Assembly (NCBI GenBank): GCA_050613775.1
Contig: JBODTK010000140.1
Span: 248,001-312,000 of the forward strand
Length of the DNA: 64,000 nt
Direction: 5' to 3'
DNA from: Neocallimastix sp. 'constans'
Lineage: Eukaryota
Shown: positions 46,884-64,000 of the stretch, piece after piece
Layout of the letters: each line of letters starts with the position of its first letter
How positions within the stretch are numbered: the first letter of the stretch is position 1
Translations under genes and position numbers: made by a program
Notes under the pieces: generated by a model
The model's database searches: none
Seen by the model: only the letters and a program-made list of their open reading frames with translations
Told to the model about the DNA's origin: nothing

Positions 46884-49244
46884 AAATTAATATCATTAAT
46901 AAAAAATAAAGTTTATTTTACATGAAATAAAAATCAAAAATAAAATATTATTAAAAAATATCATTAAAATAATAGAATAACAAAAAAAAATTTTATATAA
47001 TATAGAGTTTATTATTACATATTTTTTAATAAATAAAATAATAATAAATAAAAATTATGAAAAATAAGAAATACAATTTTAATTAATAGCCAAAAAGCAA
47101 ATAAATAAATGATTCTTTTAGTATTTTCATTTAAATTTATAATTTATTTGAAATATTTATAAAAAAAAAATTATTAGAAAATAAGATTTATATCTTATTA
47201 AGTTAACTTTATTAATTATGAAGAGTTACATGTTTCTATATTGATTTTATATAGATTAAGGCTTATGTAAAATGGGAACAAATTGCATGTATTTATATAT
47301 CTTAAATGTGGCTTAACAATATTAGTAATAACTTAATACATGAATATTCTAAGAACTATTACATTAGTAATGTATTATTAATTATTAGTAATTTAACTAT
47401 ATTCACATATTCTAACAAAAATAATTATATTTCATAATATACAATATTTCTTCTATTGTTATTACAGTATTTCAATAAGATAATTTTTTAATTTAATCAA
47501 AAATATAATTAATGTTGTTGCCTTATTTTTTCTTCAATATTATCTTATTCAAAACTATCAAATAATTGAAATAACTTACTTATTTTTAACTTTTATGATT
47601 AATGAAATTTTTAGATATTTAAATATATTTGTATAATTAGTGTTTTTTAAAATTCAGTGTTATGTCCTTAATATTTTATTAATATTTCTTCAATAACTAT
47701 TTTTAAATCTTTCATTATTAAATATTATGATTATTACATTAAACACTACTAATATACATTCATTATATTTAGATAATAACTATTATTATTGTAAAATACA
47801 ATTTAATAAGAAAGAAAAAAACTCCTGAAAATATGATAATATATCTTAAAGAAATATTAAAAATATATAAAGTATATATTATACATTAAAACATTAAATA
47901 TTATAAAGCTCTTGATTATGATCAATAATATGAAAATTAATATAAATATTTTCTAATTATTAATAATAAAAGTAAATTCTAATATATATTTAATGTATGA
48001 TTAAACTTGATACATTAAGTAACTCTACTTAAAAATAAAATTGTTAATATTGATATTAAAGTATATATCATAATACTCATTAAACTTTATATATAAAATA
48101 TTCTTTAAACTATTTTATAATTTGTTAAAATTATTTAAAAATTTCATTATTATAATTCATTAAATTTTTATCTCAAAATTTCATACTTCAAATTATTATT
48201 ATTTTCATTTTATTTCTACTATTAAATAAATTGTTAATTATTTATTTTCTAATTAATAAGATTTATTATCTATTATGAAAATTTTTAAATCTTAGTTTAT
48301 ACAAATTATTACATATCTTTTTTGTCAAAGATCCTTCCATTCTTTTTTCTTAAATCATAATTGTATATATAAAAACAATATATTTTTTTATATAAATGTA
48401 TTATAATACATTATATAACTGAAAAATTATTCAATACAATTTAATATAAAAAAATATATAATACATTATTCCTTTTAAATAATAAAATTTAATAAGATTT
48501 TATTTTTTAATATTAATGAAAGTTTTTTTTGTATTAATTTATTTAAATCATCTAAAAATAAAATTTTTGATAAAATATCTAATGAAGCGTCTATTTTTAT
48601 TAATGTTAAACATTAATCTCTTATTATTTAATAACACCAATACTAGTTATAAAACAAAAAAATTACTACTATTCTCTTAATAAATTATTAATTATAAAAA
48701 AAAACTAAATTGGGACATTAATGGTAAATTAATATAAAATTCAATGTAATACATAGAAATACTATTGTATTTCTAAATTGTATATAAAATTGATTAATAA
48801 TATATATTAAATTACAATTATCAATTATATATTAATAGTTGATCAGTATTATACATACAAATAAAATAAAAAATGTTTTATATAAACAATATTTAAATGT
48901 TGATTTACATAGAAATATGATTAATATATCAAATTTTATATTAAATAGTTATTAAATAATAATAATTATTATAAAAAAGTTTATATAAAAAAATTATTTC
49001 CATATAAATATAAATAAATATAAATATAAATATATATCATAAATTATATAGTTCTATTTTTTTATTCTTATAAAAAAATAAAAAAAAAAATAAAAATAAA
49101 AATAATTAAAAATCCAAAATAAATATTATTTTTTTGAGAAAAATAATAATAAAAGGAGGAAAATTAATAATAAACTTAAAAAGAAGGATAAACAAAAAAA
49201 TTATTGTAATAATTTCATATCAAAATTAAAAATAATAATAATCT

Positions 49245-49288
<44 letters not shown>

Positions 49289-49441
49289 TTATTATTTATT
49301 TTTAAATTTTAAATAAAAATGTTAAATTTATATAATTGAATATATAATAATAAATATATATTTAATATTTATGTGCTTTTGTATTCTGATTAATATTAAA
49401 TTGAAAGAATAAATTAAAAATAAAATTATATTGTATCAAAA

Positions 49442-50811
49442 ATGACTGAAAGCAATTTAAAGAACAGAAAAAAGGAAAAGAAGGATACAGAACAAGGAGA
49501 AAAAAAAGCAACGGAAAAAAAGGTACAAGAAAAAAAGGAAGAAAAAAAGGTTGTCGAAGTTAAAAATCAAAAATGTGAAAAGAGTTGTTGTACAAGTTCT
49601 ATAGTTATGTGCATATTAGTGGTTATTATGGGATGTTTAGCCTATTACCAAGTAAATAAAAAAAATTTTTCTCTATAAATATAAATTAAATGTAATTTCA
49701 GAAAAATAAAATAGACAATTATATAAAACCATTAAAAACATAGAATAATATAAAGTTAATTTTCATTTTTTTAATATCTAAGAATCAAAATAATTAAACC
49801 TAAATAATAAAGAATGTTAATGTTAAAAAGTTATAAGATTGTTAGCAATAAATATTTATATATATAAATATTTTGTATTATTCAATATTTTTAATATTAT
49901 TTATCTATATAATAAAAAATATAATCGAAATTCAATATTAATATTTTTTTATATATTAAAAAATATAAAATAAATGAAAATAAATATAATAAAATAGTGT
50001 GTACAAATTAATAATGCTAAATCTCTTCTTGAAGATTTAAAAAATGATCGTAAAAATATGTGTGCAAACTATGAACATAAAGCTCATGCAGAAAAGCAAC
50101 ATTTTGCACAATCTGATCTTCTTCGTTACTTTGCTGTTACCTTTGAAGGTGGTCTTTCATATGAAAGTGAAGAACTTAAAGAATTCCTCGCTACCAAAGA
50201 TATTACTCAAGAAGAACGCTACAAAAATGAAGAAGAAGAAATGAAACGTAGAGAATCTTTATATGGTCCATACATCGAAAATGGCTTCGAACATGATGAC
50301 CGTTTCTATATCAAGGTATTTAATATATTATATATATAGTTATAGATAACAAAAGAAAAAAATTATGATATATTATAAATATTAAATTCATAATGATAAA
50401 AATAATAATAATTTAAAATTTTGATTAAAAATTAATATTGAAATTATAAAAATAATTATATAAAAATACTTAAACTATGTATAATGAATAAAATAGCTTT
50501 CTTCTCCAGAAGTTGGTTATGGTCTTTTTGCTAAAACTGATATTCCAGCTGGATCCGTTATTGGTGTTTATGGTGGTCGTTTAACTCGTGTTCTTCCAAA
50601 CGGTGCTACTGATACTGATTACGCATGGTCATACCAAAACTATGAAGATCCAAAAACTGGTGAAACATTTGAAATCTGTATTGATGGTCGTGTATATGGT
50701 AAGTTCATTTTGATTAAATAACTGTTTATTATAAAAATGTTCATTTAGTTTACAATATTAATAAAATCCTTTATTAAATTAATAAAATGCATATTTTAAA
50801 TTATTATTATA

Positions 50812-50864
<53 letters not shown>

Positions 50865-51128
50865 ATAACTCATTTAAAATAAATATTTTAATTTACAAAA
50901 AAAAAAAAAAAATTAGGTACTTGGTTAAGATTCGTTAATCATAAGCATGACTCTGAAGCTAATTTATATGGAATGTACGTTCCATACAAAAATAATTGGT
51001 ACTTAATGTATCATGCTAGAAATTTCATTGCTAAGGATGAAGAATTATTCACATCTTATGGTGATTTCTATTGGGAAGCTAGAAAGGATTCTCACCCATT
51101 TGAAGCTCATCCAGAAGACCAATATTAA
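49442..51128 (+). CDS. SET-domain protein with an N-terminal transmembrane helix (exons 49442-49651, 49998-50315, 50497-50698, 50917-51128; about 313 aa)
   Basis: In-phase GT-AG splicing gives SET motifs GYGLFAKTDIPAGSVIGVYGG, IDG, WLRFVNH and EELFTSYGDFYW. Hydrophobic IVMCILVVIMGCLAYYQCV follows a Lys/Glu-rich N-terminus. Confidence 0.88.
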
Positions 51129-51755
51129 AGAAATTAAATATCATTGATAAAGTTTAAATTTAAAGTCAAATTAAAAAAGAAAAAAAAAAAAATAGTAAAT
51201 AACAAATAAGAGATAAATAAATAAATAAATAAATATTAAATTATAATGATATATTTAAATAAAATTAAATAAATAAAAGAAAAAAAAAAAAAATTATAGA
51301 ATTATTTTTAAATAAAAAAATAAAAAATACAAGACAAATAAAAATTAAAATTAAAACTAAATCATTATTATAAAAAATAAAAAATTATATATAATAAAAA
51401 TTTTCTTTTGTTTAAAGTGTTATAACAAAAATTTTAGCTTATATATTATTGTTATTTAATGTTGGAATTATTGCTAACAATAAAAAATATAAATATAAAT
51501 AAACAATAACAGCATATAAATATATCTAAAATGTAGTATTAATAAAGGATTATTCTTATATATTATATTACTCTTTAATGAATTTTTTGTTCTGTTATGT
51601 TTTATAATTTTTTGAGTTTTTTGTTTTGTTATGTTTTATAATTTTTTGAATAAATAAAACTAAGAAAAATTCATTGAAGAACCGAAATAATATTTACTCA
51701 GATTTCAGATTTTATTAAAGAATAATAATTTCCACATATTTTTAATTATTTTAAT

Positions 51756-51789
<34 letters not shown>

Positions 51790-52457
51790 AAGAAAAAGAA
51801 AAAGAAAAAAAAAATTGAAATTATAAATCTACGTTTACTAATTAACACACTAATGAATAATATTTTATAAATTTATAAAATATATTTGAACAAAAAGAAT
51901 ATATAAAAAAATATATAAAAATGTATCAATAAATAATTATAATTATGATAGAATTTGATTAAATAAAAATAATAATGATAATAATAATTTTTTATTTTAT
52001 AATTTTCCATGAAAAGATAAAAATGATTAATAAATATTTTTTTTTTTTTTATTAATTTATTTTCTAATAAAAATAAAAATATATAAAATATATAAAAACA
52101 TATCACAAATATTGAACATTAAATATTAAACACTAATTTTATTTCATATATATTTATTATTTTTATATTGTTTTAGTATAATTTAATTTTGGTTTTCTAT
52201 TCAATATTTAAATATTGCTTTATTAATCCAAAATGTTTTTGGAATTCAGGTTCTATTCTTTAATACAATACCTATCAAGTATGAATTTTATATATATTTA
52301 TTAAATAATCTTTTCTATATAAAATATTTAAAAATATTTAATCAAAGACATTTATACCTTAATAAAAATTTTTGTAATATATATTTAATCTATTGGTATT
52401 TAAAAACATATTAAATGATATTTATTTATTTATTTATTTTTTTTTTTTCTATTATTC

Positions 52458-52563
<106 letters not shown>

Positions 52564-52743
52564 TATTATTATTTATTATTATTTATTATTATTATTTATA
52601 TATGCAATGTTATATTTATATGCTATGAATATATAATTATAATAATAAAAAGTTCATAATATAATTATATAAATTTATTACATATATATATTAATAAATC
52701 CTTATTTATTTCTTTTATATATATAAATGTATATAAAGCTATC

Positions 52744-54308
52744 TTAGCTTTGATTATCTCGATCTTGTAATAAATTCATTTGTTCTTTTGCCTATAATAA
52801 AAAATTTAAATAATAAAAATATTTTTTTAATTTTAATATGAACATTATAATTAATATAACTTTATAATAAATTAATGAAAACTTAATTTTAATAAAAATA
52901 ATAAATAAAATATTATTAAATTACTATTTCCATTTCTTTTTGATGCCTTTTCCTTTCTTCTTCTAAGCTTGCTTGTAATTCTTGTATAATCATTGTATAA
53001 TAATTTTCTTTATCCATATTATTAATACTTTCATTATTTAATGGATTACTATTATTATGCTTATTATTATTATTATTATTATAAATAGTTGAACTTTGAT
53101 GACGTTTGGTTGGTGATGTTGGATTTTGCACATTAATTTCATTTTTTGTTGATTTTCCTAAGCCACCATTAGAAGAGGATGTATTTGATGAATTCGTCGA
53201 AGAAACATTTAAATTAAGTGGAGGGTTTTTTGAGGAAGAAGGTATGTTGGTATTAGCATTATTACCACAAGCTTTTATTACTAATTTCTCAATATCTTCA
53301 AACTGAACTAATTCTAATTTTTTCAATTTAAATTCAGATTGATTAAGTGCTTTCCTTAATTGTTTATTTTCTTCTTCAAGTAATTCAAGAGAATGTTGTT
53401 GATCTTCCAATAAGCTTTCAACTTCTGGTGATATATTAGTATTATTAAGATTAGAATATATAGCATGTTCTTTTGTTGAATAAGAAGATAACTTAGCATC
53501 TTGTTGAGTAATTAATAACTCCAAATCTTTATTCTTATTTGTCAATTCTTCAATTATTTTTTGGTTATTTTCAATTTCAATGGCTAAAGATTTATTTTCT
53601 TTTATTTTTGCTGCTAATTCATCTTTAGTCTGTTCGTTCATTGATATTTCATTAGCATCAGGAGTAAGCATATCAAGATATTTTCCTTCTTGAAGCATTA
53701 ATTCTAATTCTTTAATATATTCATCTTTAGCTTTTGCTTCTTTCTGAAGTTTTTCTAATTGACCATTTTGTTTAGTTAAAGCTTCTTCAATATACTATAT
53801 ATAATAATTATCAAATATATTTTATAAATATTAATAAATTAAATATTTTATTTAACGATTATAATTGTAATAATAATAATATTAATTACTAAATAAAAAA
53901 TAAATATTTACAGGTGGTAATTCATTTTCTGAAATATTTAATGGTGATAATAATGAAACTTTATTACCATCAGAAGTTTTCTAATAATAATAATAATAAT
54001 TTTAAATTAAATGGTTATCATTACATTGAATATTTATCTATAAAATTAAGAATTTAATAATTTTAAATGTATTATTATTTACAGTTGGTGTCCTTGAGAA
54101 CTCTAGCATCATTTGTGGAGATATTGATGAACTTGTTAAAATCAATTTTGTTAAATGATCAATACGTTCCTTTAATGCAGTACGTAGCTAAATATAATAA
54201 AATTTAATAATAATTTAATATTAACTATATTATAAAATGCTATTAATGCAATTATTGTTATAATTTTTATTTACCAATTGTTGTTCATGCATTTCCTCTT
54301 CCCACTAT

Positions 54309-54351
<43 letters not shown>

Positions 54352-55019
54352 TATTAATATAGGTATTATCATATATTTATATTAATTTAGTGAATAAAAT
54401 ATTAATATAAACAATAAATTTTATTTATTTATTTATTTAATTCAATTAATTCAATTATTATATTAATATTAATTTAACCTTTATTCTTTCTTGTTGTAAC
54501 AACATTAATTCTTCATCTTTCTTTCCATCCTCTAAAGATGCAACATTTGATATATTACTCATATCTGTTGCTACTTGTAATTTAACCTTTAATTCATTAA
54601 TTTCTTTTTTATATTTTTGAATCAAAGCTTTATCATCAAGAACCTTTTAATAAATTAATTTTAGGTTTTTATAATTTTGATTATAATATAATAGTAATAA
54701 TTATATTATATTAAATATTGATATTTATTTACTTATTTTTTTTTAATTAATATTATTAATCATTATATATAAATATTACTTGATTTGTATGTGCCTTTGT
54801 TGCAACTTTCTTGACTCTTTTCGCAAAATTCAAAGTATTATGAGATTCATCAGCATTTATACCAGCTGGGCTAATCGTACAAATAACTGAAATTTTTGCA
54901 TTACCTGAAAGCGATGACTGTAAAATTCTAGTTAACTTTGAATCACGATATGGAATATGACCACTAAAATATAATTATTGAATAAATAAACGATAATTAA
55001 TATTAAAATATTATTATAA

Positions 55020-55062
<43 letters not shown>

Positions 55063-55462
55063 CATAAATAAGAAATAATACCGTTTTTCTTCTGTTAATT
55101 TTGAAATAACATTTCCTAATGTTAATAAAGATTTATTAATAAATGCACCTTCCTTACGACGATCTGCATCTGATGTTGCCTTTTCTGAACCCGATAAATC
55201 AATAAGGTTCTAATATATTAAATTTTATACATTATTTTATGTGGATATATATTTAAATAATCGAATAAATAGTAGATATTCTTTATATATAATTTATTAT
55301 TTAATAAACTTACTAATTGAGAAATTTTTACTGAATCACTTGAGCTTTTTTGGGAATAAAATGATCCTTTTGAGGATCTAACTGACGAAGATTGACTTTT
55401 ACTCTCAATGATCTAAATTATTTAAAATTAAAATATGAAAAAATATTAATTAAAATTATAAT

Positions 55463-55500
<38 letters not shown>

Positions 55501-57111
55501 TATAGTAACCATTTGAAATATAGTATGTGAACGACTACTATGTTTATTATAATCAGTAGTACTAATATGTCTATTTGTTTCACCCTTTTGAATAATTCTC
55601 ATTACTTGTTTAGCTGATGTCACAATTTCTTCCTTTAAAGGACTTACATAAATACCTCTCTATAATGATATACATTAATAACATTATTATTTAAAATAAA
55701 TAATATTTATTGATATATTAATTTTTACTATTAAATAATTATCTCTTTATAAAAACAGAGTTAATTTTCATTACTCTTCTATCTTCAAAAATTCTAAGAT
55801 TTGTAGTTTCTGGTGAAAGTAAATCTTGAATTTGTTCATTATAAATTTCCATATAAGAAACACGTAAAAGAAATTCTCTATCACCTTTTGACTTTTTGTT
55901 AAATTATAAATATAATATATATATATATATATAAATTAAACTGAACATTTTAAATATTTATATAAAATTACTAATAATCACGTAACAAAATATAAAATAT
56001 ACCATTTCTTTAATATAATAAAATACATCATCTACAGCTTGTGGTATAATTCCAGGCTGATTTTCAACACCTAATAGAATATTCATAAAAAATTTTAAAA
56101 TCATTAATAAATAGATTATTTAAAAATAATTTTTATAATAAAATGTCAGTTTTAATAAATTAATTTTATTAATGATTATATTTACCCATCTGTTGTTAAA
56201 ATAGTATATATATAATAAAATTTACAAAAATAAATAAAAATAAAAATAACATTTATTATAATAATTACTATAATATGCATTTATATTCTTATTATTTATT
56301 ATTATTAATTTTACCATTGAATAAGTTTTACCGGAAGCTGTTTGACCATAAGCAAAAACAGTACCGTTTAAACCTTCCATAGATGACATGACAACATCTT
56401 TTACACAACGATTATATAATTCTTTATTATCACTTCCAACAATGACATTATCTTATTAAATTATTATTAACAATATTAATAATAATGAATAACAAAATAT
56501 TAATATATTTAAAAGTATAAATTAAAAAATAAAAATTAAATTATTAATAATAAAAAATTGTAAATATAAATGAATATATATTTGTATTTATTAAATTTAT
56601 GTTTAATTTACCGTATTGATAAGAAAGTTGATTTTTATTTGATTTTTCTAACCATTCATTCGAATATGAAACAGTTGATAATTCCTCATTTCCTTCCCAA
56701 ACTGGAATGGTATTTCCAAGATTCCATTCGTTTGCTGTAAATGGTCTAAACATTCCATATATTTTATGGTATAATAAAAGAATTCATTTATTAATAATTA
56801 ATAATTTATATCAAAAAACCTTAATTTTATTTATCAATTAATATATACCGTATTCTAACAGTAACTTGACAAAAATCAGAATTATTCTTATTTATATTAT
56901 TATTTGAATTTACATTTGTAGATGAAGAATAACTAATACTACTTCTTTGACTAAGTGCTGGTGATGATGCTCTAGAATTTGAATTAAAATTATAACTTAT
57001 TGGTGAAGTAATTGCCGATGAAGAACCATTTTGTGAATTAACAGAAGTTCTACGCAATGCGGCTAAATGATTTTGACGTCTTTTATTTGGTACTGGTATT
57101 AAAGTTGACAT
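52744..57111 (-). CDS. Kinesin-7 family motor (Kip2/KipA/CENP-E-like), about 16 exons, coiled-coil tail
   Basis: Spliced motifs [83 protein letters not shown] and [13 protein letters not shown] (kinesin-7-type). ATG at 57111, stop at 52744-52746. Confidence 0.93.
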
Positions 57112-57457
57112 TGTAAATATAAAATTATTATTAAAGTTATTATGAAAATTTATATATAATTCATAAATTTCATAAATAATTAAAAAGACTTTGAATATTT
57201 GATTATAAAAAAACAAATAATTTCAATAAAAAAATAATATTTATTTATTAATTTTAAATTATTATTTGTTTCTTTATTTATTATTATTTTTTATTATTTT
57301 TATTATTTTTATTATTTTTTATTTTATATTTTTTTTTATTATTTTTTTTTTTTATTTTTTATTTTTTTTTATTTTTTTTTTTTTTTCTATATTTAAACTT
57401 ATGTTAAGGTTTATTTTTGTTTAATTGTTATCTGTATGATAAATGAAGCAGAGAGTG

Positions 57458-57504
<47 letters not shown>

Positions 57505-58640
57505 CCAAAGATAAAAAAAAAATTGAGGAAAAAGTAAAGCAAAGAAGATAATTGAAAATAATTTTATATTTTTTAATATAAAATATATAAATATTATATA
57601 TAAAAAAATAAATTTTTCAAATATTTAAATTATACTTATATTTATGTTATCGTATTTGTAAATAATTATAAATATATATACATACGATTATAATTGCATA
57701 AAAAATTTTTAGAAAAAAAAAATAAAATAAAAAATAAAAAAAAAATGTTATTATATATATTTAATTTAAAATATATAAAATTTTATAGATTTTATACTCT
57801 TTAAAAATATATTCTGTATAATTTTATACCTTCTCTTCAAAATGTTTGTAAATTATATTATTTTTATTATTCTTTGAATTATAAAATCAGATAGTATTTG
57901 AAAATATAAAGTATCAATACTTTATTATATAATTATAAAAATAAATCTGAAATGTGATAAAGTATATATCTTAATATTTAAAACCTTTTTTTTCTTTTCA
58001 AAAAATATTTATATAAAAAAAAAAAATTATTTTATATTTTGTATATAATATACATAATATATATTTTAAACTTTATTATTTAATAAAATACAATAAAATT
58101 AATTAAAATTTAAATAAATTTTACAAAGGAATTTCATATATTAATTATAAAAAGATGATTAAATAAAATTTTTTTCATAATATTGATTATTTTCTTAATA
58201 TAAATTAAATATTTTTAATTCAACTATTTCAGTTTAAGACTTTTCAATATAATACTAATAATTATAAATATTTTTTTTCGATTAATATTTGAAAACAATA
58301 TTTTTATATAATAATAATTTTTAAATTCACTCAAGAATAAATAAAAAATATAAAATTTCAACATTTTCTTTTATTTGTTAAATTATGATTTTTTTAATTT
58401 AGAAAATAATAAGTTCGTAATTATTTTCTAAATCATTAAAATAAATATTTTATTTTTTTATAAAAGAATTTTTTTGAAATATCATATTTTAATAATAATT
58501 TAAATAAATTAATAATATATACGATTAATTCTTAAATAATCACATTTTATTGGACAAAAAAAAATTTTTATATTATATTAATTTTACAATCAGTAATTGA
58601 TATAAATATGAAATCATAAGAATATAATCTTCAAATATTG

Positions 58641-59237
58641 TAATCGAACCGGGTTCTATCCTGGTTGTTAGTCCGTGGGATAACATACATAGGGCTTCTG
58701 GTTCAATCCTGCCCTATAACCATTTTCTATTTTTCCTTACAACAGTTACGTATATAATCCCCTTATATATATTATTATTATTCTAAATTCCCTTATTTAT
58801 AGAAAAGATACCGTACTAACTATGGGCTTGAGAGGGTTACTCTAATACTTTAATTTAATATACATACAAGGGAATTACTAATATTTGAGTATATGATTTC
58901 ATGTGTCCATGTAGATATATATTCTACTTGTGATATAGATATTATTCACTTAATAGTAATCTTTCAGACATTTATGCATTTACCAAGGAAGCTAGTACGA
59001 AATATAATGGGTTAGGTTATAATGGCTATAAAGAGAAGTTACGAATTAGAGAAACACTCCGAGAAAAAGTACTAGAAAATTTTTCAGTAATAATATGCAT
59101 GTCGGAGCGCAAATGTTGGACACTAAGTAATACCGTCCAGAAGGGACAATATCTGTCTATATGGAAATGTACGACCACTTCAATATACCTACTGCCCCTG
59201 AGGGGGAGATTGAAACCTAGGACGGTACACACCAGAA

Positions 59238-59270
<33 letters not shown>
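58641..59270 (+). mobile_element. SINE family B copy lacking the tRNA head, with a 31-nt poly-A tail
   Basis: Homologous to 23843..24496. Starts TAATCG...GGTTCTATCCTGG, like the post-tRNA segment of family A. A-run at 59240-59270. Confidence 0.78.
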
Positions 59271-59272
<2 letters not shown>

Positions 59273-60824
59273 AAAATATTACATAATATATATTGAAACA
59301 AAATTATATACAGAAAGCATTCTTTGAACTTTACGCATGAAATTTTCTTTCTACATTATATAATGAAATGAAGTATTATTTCATAATTCTTTTCTTTCAT
59401 CCAAAATAAGTTATTGTAAAAATTTTTCTTTCGAATATTTTAATGTAAATTTTTTTCTCTTTTATCTTAATTATTTTAAAATTTATAAAACATTTTTAAA
59501 ATAAAAATATATAATTATACTTTAATATCTTATCTTCATGAATTTTAATAATAGCTTTTTATTAAATTACTTCATGTAAATTTTTAATTTGTATTTATCA
59601 ACAATCAATAATAGGTATTATCTATAAAAAAATAATAAAAATAACAATCTTTTTTAAACGCAAGAAATATCTTATTTTAAATAATACAATTACAAAAATT
59701 TTTAAACTAGTTTTTTTAGGAACAATAATTATTACATTTTATTTCTTTTAATAAAAAATTAATTTAACTTAATTACTATTTTCATTAATATTTCAACAAA
59801 ATGTTATATTTTTTATATTCAATGAATAATATTAAAATTTTAATCATTTCATTTTTTTTTTAAATCATATATATACAATTATCACATTTAAAAATTTTAA
59901 TTTTTTAAAATAAAATAGCTATTAAATGAATAATTTTTTAACGTAATATAATTTTTAGCAAAGATTTTTTTATTCATATATATAATAATAATGTTAATAA
60001 TAATATTAAGACAATTCTTTATAGATCATTATTCATTAATTTTAAATATTAAAGCAATTTAAAGATATTTAAGTTCATTTAATATACATATAAATGACAA
60101 AATCTAATTATAACTACTAAATTTTGGTGTTTAATTTATAATTTAAATAAATAGTATTATTTTTAATATTAATATATAAAAATTTCCGAGATTTAAAAAT
60201 CTAACACAATTTAGAAAATCCAAAGAAAACAAAATTATTTTCGATGTAAAAATAATTATTAGACTCAGTAATTGAGAGAGTATTTTATTTTATATAATTA
60301 TTATTATATAGTAAAAAAAAGGAATGTAATTTTATTATATTATTTTATATATGTTTTTTTTTTTTATTTTTCAAGGTATATGCATATATTTAAATATGTA
60401 AAAATTATTTTTTTCTTTAAAAAAATTTATTCGTATTTTATTATTTATTAAAAAGTATAATAAGATTTATAGTTCTCATTAATAATAAAAATTTTTTTCT
60501 ATATATATATTTTAATTCTATTATTATCCTTTAAATAAAAATATTTTATTATAAAAATAATAATATTGTATTAAGAATATATTTATAAAATTAAATATGT
60601 AAATATATTTTCAATTATCAAGAAATTAATATTATTTAATATTATTTATTTTTTATATATTTATTATTATTTTTCTTTATTTACAGTAAGTCATTTAAAA
60701 TATTCGTTTAATATAAAAAGACATATTGTATAATATATATTCACATTAAGAAATTCAAAAATTATTGTATTATTAATTTTTTTATAATTATTTTAAAGTT
60801 ATTTTTTTATAATCTATTATTTAT

Positions 60825-61230
60825 TTTTTATTATCTGTTATTAATTTATTATTATTTATTATTTATTATTTATTATTTATTATCTATTATCTATTATTTA
60901 TTATTCTATTATTTATTATTCTATTATTTATTATTTTATTATTTATTATTCTATTATTTATTATTTATTTATTATTTATTTATTATTTATTTATTATTTA
61001 TTTATTATTTATTTATTATTTATTTATTATTTATTTTATTATTTATTTATTATTTATTTATTATTTTTATTATAGTATTCTATTATTTTTTTTATTATTT
61101 TATTTATTAATTATTTATTATTTATTATTTATTAATTATTTATTATTTATTATTTATTACTATTTATTATTTATTTATTAATTATTTATTATTTACTATA
61201 TATTATTTATTGTTTATTGTTTATTTATAT
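60825..61230. repeat. Degenerate TTATTTA-type 7-mer/4-mer tandem array
   Basis: Runs of TTATTTA, TTATCTA and TTTA variants over about 400 bp. Confidence 0.85.
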
Positions 61231-62219
61231 CAATTTATAATTTTCTATATTGGCATTAAAATAAAATTTATTTTAAATATTATAAACTAAAATCATTGCA
61301 ATAAATTTATTATATATTTGTTTATATTTTAATATAAAAACATTTTTATTATATATATAAACTTTTAAATAATAGGTTAATCATTAAATCCATATAATTT
61401 ATTATATGGATCAAATATATAAATACTACAATTAAAAATTAATTAAAATATAATTTAATATCAAACTAAAAATATAAAAAAACATAAATTAAAATAATTA
61501 AAATAATTACATTCATAAATACATAAATAATATTAAATATATTATTAAACTTATGAAATATATTTTTAATATATATATATATTCCTTAAATTTATACTAC
61601 TTTATTGACAATAAATAAATAGATAATAAAATAATATATAATTATTATTATATCATATAGGAATAATAATTCAACTAGAATTTATAATTATTTTCATTAA
61701 TATTAATAAATTTTTATTTATTTATAACATTTATTTATCTACTTATTTTAATAATTATTTTATATATATAATTTTTTTTTATACATTAACAAGTTTTTTT
61801 TTTTTCTATAATTATTATTACGATATTTTATTTTTTATTTTTTTTATTTTTTATTTTTTTTATTTTTTATAAAAAAAAAATAATAATAAAAATATAAAAA
61901 ATATATATTAAAGGAGAAAAAGAAAAAGTATTAATCGACAAATCTATCTAAATTAAATATAATTAAATTATAAAATGAATTAATTATTTATTTTTGTATT
62001 ATTTATATAATTATAAATTCTTTTAAGTAGTAAATATTTTATGATTTAATCAGAATATTAATAATCATTTTTTTATTTTTATTTTTATTATTATTATTTT
62101 TTTTCTGCTATTGTTGTTTATATAATTATTTACATTTTATATTTTATATATTTATTTGAATAAATCGCCAAATAATAATACAATTAATATTCAAAGAAGT
62201 ATATATAAATTAATTAAAA

Positions 62220-64000
<1,781 letters not shown>

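Overview
Extremely AT-rich eukaryotic DNA with many short GT-AG introns, long A/T runs and (ATT)n arrays. Composition and gene types (solute-binding-protein/GPCR fusion, Stealth protein, PPP4R4 homolog) suggest an anaerobic gut fungus (Neocallimastigomycota); this is an inference. The left half (about 1-32 kb) is mostly transposon remains: degraded LINEs, several Ty1/copia fragments, two solo LTRs with 5-bp target duplications, MULE remnants and five tRNA-related SINE-like elements of two families. It also holds a duplicated intronless RBR E3 ligase (one open copy, one pseudogene), an SBP-GPCR and an orphan secreted protein. The right half has a PPP4R4-like HEAT-repeat gene, a tandem-domain Stealth gene, a membrane-anchored SET-domain gene, a kinesin-7 with an apparent 4-nt micro-exon, and the 5' part of a PP1 catalytic subunit. 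The most interesting leads are the transmembrane SET protein, the CCA-bearing tRNA-SINE families with LTRs inserted just upstream of their tRNA heads, and the active/degenerate double Stealth protein. All gene models were spliced by eye and family calls rest on motif recognition, not database searches.
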